From contig OZ059900.1 of the NCBI GenBank assembly GCA_964057225.1, positions 20,646,001 to 20,710,000 on the forward strand: 64,000 bases of DNA, written 5' to 3'. Both the position numbers and the translations under genes were made by a program. The notes beneath the pieces were generated by a model. That model saw nothing but the letters and a program-made list of their open reading frames with translations, was not told where the DNA came from and ran no database searches. Shown here piece after piece: positions 27,301-39,700 of the stretch; position 1 is the stretch's first letter; each line of letters starts with the position of its first letter. Source of the stretch: Auanema rhodensis. Taxonomy: Eukaryota; Animalia; Nematoda.

Positions 27301-30300
27301 TGTAAAATGCTTCATTTTAGTATGTAACACGCTAAAATTCGTTGCATTTGACGACTCATATGAACAAAAATCGATTTAATCAATATTAGCCATAAGGGGC
27401 GTGCCCTCAGAATATGCTAATTTCCTTAATTTTCTAACCCCTGTTTTTTTGTCGTGAAAGTGGAACTAGACGTTGTACGAACAATTTTGAGCTAGGTTTC
27501 ATTGACATTGCATGAGTTTGAACACATGAAATCGTAAGTCAAAACCTTGTTTACAGCGAAATTTCCAAAAACTGGTTTTCCAGCATAATAAAATATTTCT
27601 CATGGGAAATACTGTGTTTTTGTATTTTTCTAGTGTTCAGCATGTAAAATGCTTCATTTTAGTATGTAACACGCTGAAATTCGTTGCATTTGACGACTCA
27701 TATGAACAAAAATCGATTTAATCAATATTAGCCATAAGGGGCGTGCCCTCAGAATATGCTAATTTCCTTAATTTTCTAACCCCTGTTTTTTTGTCGTGAA
27801 AGTGGAACTAGACGTTGTACGAACAATTTTGAGCTAGGTTTCATTGACATTGCATGAGTTTGAACACATGATATCGTAAGTCAAAACCTTGTTTACAGCG
27901 AAATTTCCAAAAACTGGTTTTCCAGCATAATAAAATATTTCTCGTGGGAAATACTGTGTTTTTGTATTTCTCTAGTGTTCAGCATGTAAAATGGTTCATT
28001 TTAGTATGTAACACGCCGAAATTCGTTGCATTTGACGACTCATATGAACAAAAATCGATTTAATCAATATTAGCCATAAGGGGCGTGCCCTCAGAATATG
28101 CTAATTTCCTTAATTTTCTAACCCCTGTTTTTTTGTCGTGAAAGTGGAACTAGACGTTGTACGAACAATTTTGAGCTAGGTTTCATTGACATTGCATGAG
28201 TTTGAACACATGAAATCGTAAGTCAAAACCTTGTTTACAGCGAAATTTCCAAAAACTGGTTTTCCAGCATAATAAAATATTTCTCATGGGAAATACTGTG
28301 TTTTTGTATTTTTCTAGTGTTCAGCATGTAAAATGCTTCATTTTAGTATGTAACACGCTGAAATTCGTTGCATTTGACGACTCATATGAACAAAAATCGA
28401 TTTAATCAATATTAGCCATAAGGGGCGTGCCCTCAGAATATGCTAATTTCCTTAATTTTCTAACCCCTGTTTTTTTGTCGTGAAAGTGGAACTAGACGTT
28501 GTACGAACAATTTTGAGCTAGGTTTCATTGACATTGCATGAGTTTGAACACATGATATCGTAAGTCAAAACCTTGTTTACAGCGAAATTTCCAAAAACTG
28601 GTTTTCCAGCATAATAAAATATTTCTCGTGGGAAATACTGTGTTTTTGTATTTCTCTAGTGTTCAGCATGTAAAATGGTTCATTTTAGTATGTAACACGC
28701 CGAAATTCGTTGCATTTGACGACTCATATGAACAAAAATCGATTTAATCAATATTAGCCATAAGGGGCGTGCCCTCAGAATATGCTAATTTCCTTAATTT
28801 TCTAACCCCTGTTTTTTTGTCGTGAAAGTGGAACTAGACGTTGTACGAACAATTTTGAGCTAGGTTTCATTGACATTGCATGAGTTTGAACACATGAAAT
28901 CGTAAGTCAAAACCTTGTTTACAGCGAAATTTCCAAAAACTGGTTTTCCAGCATAATAAAATATTTCTCATGGGAAATACTGTGTTTTTGTATTTTTCTA
29001 GTGTTCAGCATGTAAAATGCTTCATTTTAGTATGTAACAAGCTGAAATTCGTTGCATTTGACGACTCATATGAACAAAAATCGATTTAATCAATATTAGC
29101 CATAAGGGGCGTGCCCTCAGAATATGCTAATTTCCTTAATTTTCTAACCCCTGTTTTTTTGTCGTGAAAGTGGAACTAGACGTTGTACGAACAATTTTGA
29201 GCTAGGTTTCATTGACATTGCATGAGTTTGAACACATGAAATCGTAAGTCAAAACCTTGTTTACAGCGAAATTTCCAAAAACTGGTTTTCCAGCATAATA
29301 AAATATTTCTCATGGGAAATAATGTGTTTTTGTATTTTTCTAGTGTTCAGCATGTAAAATGCTTCATTTTAGTATGTAACACGCTGAAATTCGTTGCATT
29401 TGACGACTCATATGAACAAAAATCGATTTAATCAATATTAGCCATAAGGGGCGTGCCCTCAGAATATGCTAATTTCCTTAATTTTCTAACCCCTGTTTTT
29501 TTGTCGTGAAAGTGGAACTAGACGTTGTACGAACAATTTTGAGCTAGGTTTCATTGACATTGCATGAGTTTGAACACATGAAATCGTAAGTCAAAACCTT
29601 GTTTACAGCGAAATTTCCAAAAACTGGTTTTCCAGCATAATAAAATATTTCTCGTGGGAAATACTGTGTTTTTGTATTTTTCTAGTGTTCAGCATGTTAA
29701 ATGCTTCATTTTAGTATGTAACACGCTGAAATTCGTTGCATTTGACGACTCATATGAACAAAAATCGATTTAATCAATATTAGCCATAAGGGGCGTGCCC
29801 TCAGAATATGCTAATTTCCTAAATTTTCTAACCCCTGTTTTTTTGTCGTGAAAGTGGAACTAGACGTTGTACAAACAATTTTGAGCTAGGTTTCATTGAC
29901 ATTGCATGAGTTTGAACACATGAAATCGTAAGTCAAAACCTTGTTTACAGCGAAAATTCCAAAAACTGGTTTTCCAGCATAATAAAATATTTCTCATGGG
30001 AAAAACTGTGTTTTTGTATTTTTCTAGTGTTCAGCATGTAAAATGCTTCATTTTAGTATGTAACACGCTGAAATTCGTTGCATTTGACGACTCATATGAA
30101 CAAAAATCGATTTAATCAATATTAGCCATAAGGGGCGTGCCCTCAGAATATGCTAATTTCCTTAATTTTCTAACCCCTGTTTTTTTGTCGTGAAAGTGGA
30201 ACTAGACGTTGTACGAACAGTTTTGAGCTAGGTTTCATTGACATTGCATGAGTTTGAACACATGAAATCGTAAGTCAAAACCTTGTTTACAGCGAAATTT

Positions 30301-33300
30301 CCAAAAACTGGTTTTCCAGCATAATAAAATATTTCTCATGGGAAATACTGTGTTTTTGTATTTTTCTAGTGTTCAGCATGTAAAATGCTTCATTTTAGTA
30401 TGTAACACGCTGAAATTCGTTGCATTTGACGACTCATATGAACAAAAATCGATTTAATCAATATTAGCCATAAGGGGCGTGCCCTCAGAATATGCTAATT
30501 TCCTTAATTTTCTAACCCCTGTTTTTTTTGTCGTGAAAGTGGAACTAGACGTTGTACGAACAATTTTGAGCTAGGTTTCATTGACATTGCATGAGTTTGA
30601 ACACATGAAATCGTAAGTCAAAGCCTTGTTTACAGCGAAATTTCCAAAAACTGGTTTTCCAGCATAATAAAATATTTCTCATGGGAAATACTGTGTTTTT
30701 GTATTTTTCTGGTGTTCAGCATGTAAAATGCTTCATTTTAGTATGTAACACGCTGAAATTCGTTGCATTTGACGACTCATATGAACAAAAATCGATTTAA
30801 TCAATATTAGCCATAAGGGGCGTGCCCTCAGAATATGCTAATTTCCTTAATTTTCTAACCCCTGTTTTTTTGTCGTGAAAGTGGAACTAGACGTTGTACG
30901 AACAATTTTGAGCTAGGTTTCATTGACATTGCATGAGTTTGAACACATGAAATCGTAAGTCAAAACCTTGTTTACAGCGAAATTTCCAAAAACTGGTTTT
31001 CCAGCATAATAAAATATTTCTCGTGGGAAATACTGTGTTTTTGTATTTTTCTAGTGTTCAGCATGTTAAATGCTTCATTTTAGTATGTAACACGCTGAAA
31101 TTCGTTGCATTTGACGACTCATATGAACAAAAATCGATTTAATCAATATTAGCCATAAGGGGCGTGCCCTCAGAATATGCTAATTTCCTTAATTTTCTAA
31201 CCCCTGTTTTTTTGTCGTGAAAGTGGAACTAGACGTTGTACGAACAATTTTGAGCTAGGTTTCATTGACATTGCATGAGTTTGAACACATGAAATCGTAA
31301 GTCAAAACCTTGTTTACAGCGAAATTTCCAAAAACTGGTTTTCCAGCATAATAAAATATTTCTCATGGGAAATACTGTGTTTTTGTATTTTTCTAGTGTT
31401 CAGCATGTAAAATGCTTCATTTTAGTATGTAACACGCTAAAATTCGTTGCATTTGACGACTCATATGAACAAAAATCGATTTAATCAATATTAGCCATAA
31501 GGGGCGTGCCCTCAGAATATGCTAATTTCCTTAATTTTCTAACCCCTGTTTTTTTGTCGTGAAAGTGGAACTAGACGTTGTACGAACAATTTTGAGCTAG
31601 GTTTCATTGACATTGCATGAGTTTGAACACATGAAATCGTAAGTCAAAACCTTGTTTACAGCGAAATTTCCAAAAACTGGTTTTCCAGCATAATAAAATA
31701 TTTCTCATGGGAAATACTGTGTTTTTGTATTTTTCTAGTGTTCAGCATGTAAAATGCTTCATTTTAGTATGTAACACGCTGAAATTCGTTGCATTTGACG
31801 ACTCATATGAACAAAAATCGATTTAATCAATATTAGCCATAAGGGGCGTGCCCTCAGAATATGCTAATTTCCTTAATTTTCTAACCCCTGTTTTTTTGTC
31901 GTGAAAGTGGAACTAGACGTTGTACGAACAATTTTGAGCTAGGTTTCATTGACATTGCATGAGTTTGAACACATGATATCGTAAGTCAAAACCTTGTTTA
32001 CAGCGAAATTTCCAAAAACTGGTTTTCCAGCATAATAAAATATTTCTCGTGGGAAATACTGTGTTTTTGTATTTCTCTAGTGTTCAGCATGTAAAATGGT
32101 TCATTTTAGTATGTAACACGCCAAAATTCGTTGCATTTGACGACTCATATGAACAAAAATCGATTTAATCAATATTAGCCATAAGGGGCGTGCCCTCAGA
32201 ATATGCTAATTTCCTTAATTTTCTAACCCCTGTTTTTTTGTCGTGAAAGTGGAACTAGACGTTGTACGAACAATTTTGAGCTAGGTTTCATTGACATTGC
32301 ATGAGTTTGAACACATGAAATCGTAAGTCAAAACCTTGTTTACAGCGAAATTTCCAAAAACTGGTTTTCCAGCATAATAAAATATTTCTCATGGGAAATA
32401 CTGTGTTTTTGTATTTTTCTAGTGTTCAGCATGTAAAATGCTTCATTTTAGTATGTAACACGCTGAAATTCGTTGCATTTGACGACTCATATGAACAAAA
32501 ATCGATTTAATCAATATTAGCCATAAGGGGCGTGCCCTCAGAATATGCTAATTTCCTTAATTTTCTAACCCCTGTTTTTTTGTCGTGAAAGTGGAACTAG
32601 ACGTTGTACGAACAATTTTGAGCTAGGTTTCATTGACATTGCATGAGTTTGAACACATGATATCGTAAGTCAAAACCTTGTTTACAGCGAAATTTCCAAA
32701 AACTGGTTTTCCAGCATAATAAAATATTTCTCGTGGGAAATACTGTGTTTTTGTATTTCTCTAGTGTTCAGCATGTAAAATGGTTCATTTTAGTATGTAA
32801 CACGCCGAAATTCGTTGCATTTGACGACTCATATGAACAAAAATCGATTTAATCAATATTAGCCATAAGGGGCGTGCCCTCAGAATATGCTAATTTCCTT
32901 AATTTTCTAACCCCTGTTTTTTTGTCGTGAAAGTGGAACTAGACGTTGTACGAACAATTTTGAGCTAGGTTTCATTGACATTGCATGAGTTTGAACACAT
33001 GAAATCGTAAGTCAAAACCTTGTTTACAGCGAAATTTCCAAAAACTGGTTTTCCAGCATAATAAAATATTTCTCATGGGAAATACTGTGTTTTTGTATTT
33101 TTCTAGTGTTCAGCATGTAAAATGCTTCATTTTAGTATGTAACACGCTGAAATTCGTTGCATTTGACGACTCATATGAACAAAAATCGATTTAATCAATA
33201 TTAGCCATAAGGGGCGTGCCCTCAGAATATGCTAATTTCCTTAATTTTCTAACCCCTGTTTTTTTGTCGTGAAAGTGGAACTAGACGTTGTACGAACAAT

Positions 33301-33681
33301 TTTGAGCTAGGTTTCATTGAAATTGCATGAGTTTGAACACATGAAATCGTAAGTCAAAACCTTGTTTACAGCGAAATTTCCAAAAACTGGTTTTCCAGCA
33401 TAATAAAATATTTCTCATGGGAAATACTGTGTTTTTGTATTTTTCTAGTGTTCAGCATGTAAAATGCTTCATTTTAGTATGTAACACGCTGAAATTCGTT
33501 GCATTTGACGACTCATATGAACAAAAATCGATTTAATCAATATTAGCCATAAGGGGCGTGCCCTCAGAATATGCTAATTTCCTTAATTTTCTAACCCCTG
33601 TTTTTTTGTCGTGAAAGTGGAACTAGACGTTGTACGAACAATTTTGAGCTAGGTTTCATTGACATTGCATGAGTTTGAACA
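1..33681 (+). repeat. 342-bp tandem satellite, domain A (direct orientation), ~98.5 monomers, open at window start
   Basis: AAAATCGATTTAATCAATATTAGCC recurs every 342 bp (1, 343, ... 3421, 6841, 10261, 13681, 17101). Monomers differ from consensus by roughly 0-4 substitutions. A few are 343 bp (T7->T8 in CCCCTGT7G). Confidence 0.99.
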
Positions 33682-33725
33682 AGGTTTTGACTTACGATTT
33701 CATGTGTTCAAACTCATGCAATGTC
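33661..33725. other. Inversion junction J1 (+ to -): 4-bp microhomology AACA, apparent 23-nt fold-back loop
   Basis: Reads ...GCATGAGTTTG-AACA-AGGTTTTGACTTACG... AACA (33678-33681) belongs to both orientations. The arms ...TTTGAACA and TGTTCAAA... (from 33705) flank spacer 33682-33704. Confidence 0.95.
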
Positions 33726-36700
33726 AATGAAACCTAGCTCAAAATTGTTCGTACATCGTCTAGTTCCACTTTCACGACAAAAAAACAGGGGTTAGAAAAT
33801 TAAGGAAATTAGCATATTCTGAGGGCACGCCCCTTATGGCTAATATTGATTAAATCGATTTTTGTTCATATGAGTCGTCAAATGCAACGAATTTCAGCGT
33901 GTTACATACTAAAATGAAGCATTTTACATGCTGAACACTAGAAAAATACAAAAACACAGTATTTCCCACGAGAAATATTTTATTATGCTGGAAAACCAGT
34001 TTTTGGAAATTTCGCTGTAAACAAGGTTTTGACTTACGATTTCATGTGTTCAAACTCATGCAATGTCAATGAAACCTAGCTCAAAATTGTTCGTACAACG
34101 TCTAGTTCCACTTTCACGACAAAAAAACAGGGGTTAGAAAATTAAGGAAATTAGCATATTCTGAGGGCACGCCCCTTATGGCTAATATTGATTAAATCGA
34201 TTTTTGTTCATATGAGTCGTCAAATGCAACGAATTTCAGCGTGTTACATACTAAAATGAAGCATTTTACATGCTGAACACCAGAAAAATACAAAAACACA
34301 GTATTTCCCATGAGAAATATTTTATTATGCTGGAAAACCAGTTTTTGGAAATTTCGCTGTAAACAAGGCTTTGACTTACGATTTCATGTGTTCAAACTCA
34401 TGCAATGTCAATGAAACCTAGCTCAAAATTGTTCGTACAACGTCTAGTTCCACTTTCACGACAAAAAAAACAGGGGTTAGAAAATTAAGGAAATTAGCAT
34501 ATTCTGAGGGCACGCCCCTTATGGCTAATATTGATTAAATCGATTTTTGTTCATATGAGTCGTCAAATGCAACGAATTTCAGCGTGTTACATACTAAAAT
34601 GAAGCATTTTACATGCTGAACACCAGAAAAATACAAAAACACAGTATTTCCCATGAGAAATATTTTATTATGCTGGAAAACCAGTTTTTGGAAATTTCGC
34701 TGTAAACAAGGCTTTGACTTACGATTTCATGTGTTCAAACTCATGCAATGTCAATGAAACCTAGCTCAAAATTGTTCGTACAACGTCTAGTTCCACTTTC
34801 ACGACAAAAAAAACAGGGGTTAGAAAATTAAGGAAATTAGCATATTCTGAGGGCACGCCCCTTATGGCTAATATTGATTAAATCGATTTTTGTTCATATG
34901 AGTCGTCAAATGCAACGAATTTCAGCGTGTTACATACTAAAATGAAGCATTTTACATGCTGAACACTAGAAAAATACAAAAACACAGTATTTCCCATGAG
35001 AAATATTTTATTATGCTGGAAAACCAGTTTTTGGAAATTTCGCTGTAAACAAGGTTTTGACTTACGATTTCATGTGTTCAAACTCATGCAATGTCAATGA
35101 AACCTAGCTCAAAACTGTTCGTACAACGTCTAGTTCCACTTTCACGACAAAAAAACAGGGGTTAGAAAATTAAGGAAATTAGCATATTCTGAGGGCACGC
35201 CCCTTATGGCTAATATTGATTAAATCGATTTTTGTTCATATGAGTCGTCAAATGCAACGAATTTCAGCGTGTTACATACTAAAATGAAGCATTTTACATG
35301 CTGAACACTAGAAAAATACAAAAACACAGTATTTCCCATGAGAAATATTTTATTATGCTGGAAAACCAGTTTTTGGAAATTTCGCTGTAAACAAGGTTTT
35401 GACTTACGATTTCATGTGTTCAAACTCATGCAATGTCAATGAAACCTAGCTCAAAATTGTTCGTACAACGTCTAGTTCCACTTTCACGACAAAAAAACAG
35501 GGGTTAGAAAATTAAGGAAATTAGCATATTCTGAGGGCACGCCCCTTATGGCTAATATTGATTAAATCGATTTTTGTTCATATGAGTCGTCAAATGCAAC
35601 GAATTTCAGCGTGTTACATACTAAAATGAAGCATTTTACATGCTGAACACTAGAAAAATACAAAAACACAGTATTTCCCACGAGAAATATTTTATTATGC
35701 TGGAAAACCAGTTTTTGGAAATTTCGCTGTAAACAAGGTTTTGACTTACGATTTCATGTGTTCAAACTCATGCAATGTCAATGAAACCTAGCTCAAAATT
35801 GTTCGTACAACGTCTAGTTCCACTTTCACGACAAAAAAACAGGGGTTAGAAAATTAAGGAAATTAGCATATTCTGAGGGCACGCCCCTTATCGCTAATAT
35901 TGATTAAATCGATTTTTGTTCATATGAGTCGTCAAATGCAACGAATTTCAGCGTGTTACATACTAAAATGAAGCATTTTACATGCTGAACACTAGAAAAA
36001 TACAAAAACACAGTATTTCCCACGAGAAATATTTTATTATGCTGGAAAACCAGTTTTTGGAAATTTCGCTGTAAACAAGGTTTTGACTTACGATTTCATG
36101 TGTTCAAACTCATGCAATGTCAATGAAACCTAGCTCAAAATTGTTCGTACAACGTCTAGTTCCACTTTCACGACAAAAAAACAGGGGTTAGAAAATTAAG
36201 GAAATTAGCATATTCTGAGGGCACGCCCCTTATGGCTAATATTGATTAAATCGATTTTTGTTCATATGAGTCGTCAAATGCAACGAATTTCAGCGTGTTA
36301 CATACTAAAATGAAGCATTTTACATGCTGAACACTAGAAAAATACAAAAACACAGTATTTCCCACGAGAAATATTTTATTATGCTGGAAAACCAGTTTTT
36401 GGAAATTTCGCTGTAAACAAGGTTTTGACTTACGATTTCATGTGTTCAAACTCATGCAATGTCAATGAAACCTAGCTCAAAATTGTTCGTACAACGTCTA
36501 GTTCCACTTTCACGACAAAAAAACAGGGGTTAGAAAATTAAGGAAATTAGCATATTCTGAGGGCACGCCCCTTATGGCTAATATTGATTAAATCGATTTT
36601 TGTTCATATGAGTCGTCAAATGCAACGAATTTCAGCGTGTTACATACTAAAATGAAGCATTTTACATGCTGAACACCAGAAAAATACAAAAACACAGTAT

Positions 36701-39700
36701 TTCCCATGAGAAATATTTTATTATGCTGGAAAACCAGTTTTTGGAAATTTCGCTGTAAACAAGGCTTTGACTTACGATTTCATGTGTTCAAACTCATGCA
36801 ATGTCAATGAAACCTAGCTCAAAATTGTTCGTACAACGTCTAGTTCCACTTTCACGACAAAAAAAACAGGGGTTAGAAAATTAAGGAAATTAGCATATTC
36901 TGAGGGCACGCCCCTTATGGCTAATATTGATTAAATCGATTTTTGTTCATATGAGTCGTCAAATGCAACGAATTTCAGCGTGTTACATACTAAAATGAAG
37001 CATTTTACATGCTGAACACCAGAAAAATACAAAAACACAGTATTTCCCATGAGAAATATTTTATTATGCTGGAAAACCAGTTTTTGGAAATTTCGCTGTA
37101 AACAAGGCTTTGACTTACGATTTCATGTGTTCAAACTCATGCAATGTCAATGAAACCTAGCTCAAAATTGTTCGTACAACGTCTAGTTCCACTTTCACGA
37201 CAAAAAAAACAGGGGTTAGAAAATTAAGGAAATTAGCATATTCTGAGGGCACGCCCCTTATGGCTAATATTGATTAAATCGATTTTTGTTCATATGAGTC
37301 GTCAAATGCAACGAATTTCAGCGTGTTACATACTAAAATGAAGCATTTTACATGCTGAACACTAGAAAAATACAAAAACACAGTATTTCCCATGAGAAAT
37401 ATTTTATTATGCTGGAAAACCAGTTTTTGGAAATTTCGCTGTAAACAAGGTTTTGACTTACGATTTCATGTGTTCAAACTCATGCAATGTCAATGAAACC
37501 TAGCTCAAAACTGTTCGTACAACGTCTAGTTCCACTTTCACGACAAAAAAACAGGGGTTAGAAAATTAAGGAAATTAGCATATTCTGAGGGCACGCCCCT
37601 TATGGCTAATATTGATTAAATCGATTTTTGTTCATATGAGTCGTCAAATGCAACGAATTTCAGCGTGTTACATACTAAAATGAAGCATTTTACATGCTGA
37701 ACACTAGAAAAATACAAAAACACAGTATTTCCCATGAGAAATATTTTATTATGCTGGAAAACCAGTTTTTGGAAATTTCGCTGTAAACAAGGTTTTGACT
37801 TACGATTTCATGTGTTCAAACTCATGCAATGTCAATGAAACCTAGCTCAAAATTGTTCGTACAACGTCTAGTTCCACTTTCACGACAAAAAAAACAGGGG
37901 TTAGAAAATTAAGGAAATTAGCATATTCTGAGGGCACGCCCCTTATGGCTAATATTGATTAAATCGATTTTTGTTCATATGAGTCGTCAAATGCAACGAA
38001 TTTCAGCGTGTTACATACTAAAATGAAGCATTTTACATGCTGAACACCAGAAAAATACAAAAACACAGTATTTCCCATGAGAAATATTTTATTATGCTGG
38101 AAAACCAGTTTTTGGAAATTTCGCTGTAAACAAGGCTTTGACTTACGATTTCATGTGTTCAAACTCATGCAATGTCAATGAAACCTAGCTCAAAATTGTT
38201 CGTACAACGTCTAGTTCCACTTTCACGACAAAAAAAACAGGGGTTAGAAAATTAAGGAAATTAGCATATTCTGAGGGCACGCCCCTTATGGCTAATATTG
38301 ATTAAATCGATTTTTGTTCATATGAGTCGTCAAATGCAACGAATTTCAGCGTGTTACATACTAAAATGAAGCATTTTACATGCTGAACACTAGAAAAATA
38401 CAAAAACACAGTATTTCCCATGAGAAATATTTTATTATGCTGGAAAACCAGTTTTTGGAAATTTCGCTGTAAACAAGGTTTTGACTTACGATTTCATGTG
38501 TTCAAACTCATGCAATGTCAATGAAACCTAGCTCAAAACTGTTCGTACAACGTCTAGTTCCACTTTCACGACAAAAAAACAGGGGTTAGAAAATTAAGGA
38601 AATTAGCATATTCTGAGGGCACGCCCCTTATGGCTAATATTGATTAAATCGATTTTTGTTCATATGAGTCGTCAAATGCAACGAATTTCAGCGTGTTACA
38701 TACTAAAATGAAGCATTTTACATGCTGAACACTAGAAAAATACAAAAACACAGTATTTCCCATGAGAAATATTTTATTATGCTGGAAAACCAGTTTTTGG
38801 AAATTTCGCTGTAAACAAGGTTTTGACTTACGATTTCATGTGTTCAAACTCATGCAATGTCAATGAAACCTAGCTCAAAATTGTTCGTACAACGTCTAGT
38901 TCCACTTTCACGACAAAAAAACAGGGGTTAGAAAATTAAGGAAATTAGCATATTCTGAGGGCACGCCCCTTATGGCTAATATTGATTAAATCGATTTTTG
39001 TTCATATGAGTCGTCAAATGCAACGAATTTCAGCGTGTTACATACTAAAATGAAGCATTTTACATGCTGAACACTAGAAAAATACAAAAACACAGTATTT
39101 CCCACGAGAAATATTTTATTATGCTGGAAAACCAGTTTTTGGAAATTTCGCTGTAAACAAGGTTTTGACTTACGATTTCATGTGTTCAAACTCATGCAAT
39201 GTCAATGAAACCTAGCTCAAAATTGTTCGTACAACGTCTAGTTCCACTTTCACGACAAAAAAACAGGGGTTAGAAAATTAAGGAAATTAGCATATTCTGA
39301 GGGCACGCCCCTTATCGCTAATATTGATTAAATCGATTTTTGTTCATATGAGTCGTCAAATGCAACGAATTTCAGCGTGTTACATACTAAAATGAAGCAT
39401 TTTACATGCTGAACACTAGAAAAATACAAAAACACAGTATTTCCCACGAGAAATATTTTATTATGCTGGAAAACCAGTTTTTGGAAATTTCGCTGTAAAC
39501 AAGGTTTTGACTTACGATTTCATGTGTTCAAACTCATGCAATGTCAATGAAACCTAGCTCAAAATTGTTCGTACAACGTCTAGTTCCACTTTCACGACAA
39601 AAAAACAGGGGTTAGAAAATTAAGGAAATTAGCATATTCTGAGGGCACGCCCCTTATGGCTAATATTGATTAAATCGATTTTTGTTCATATGAGTCGTCA

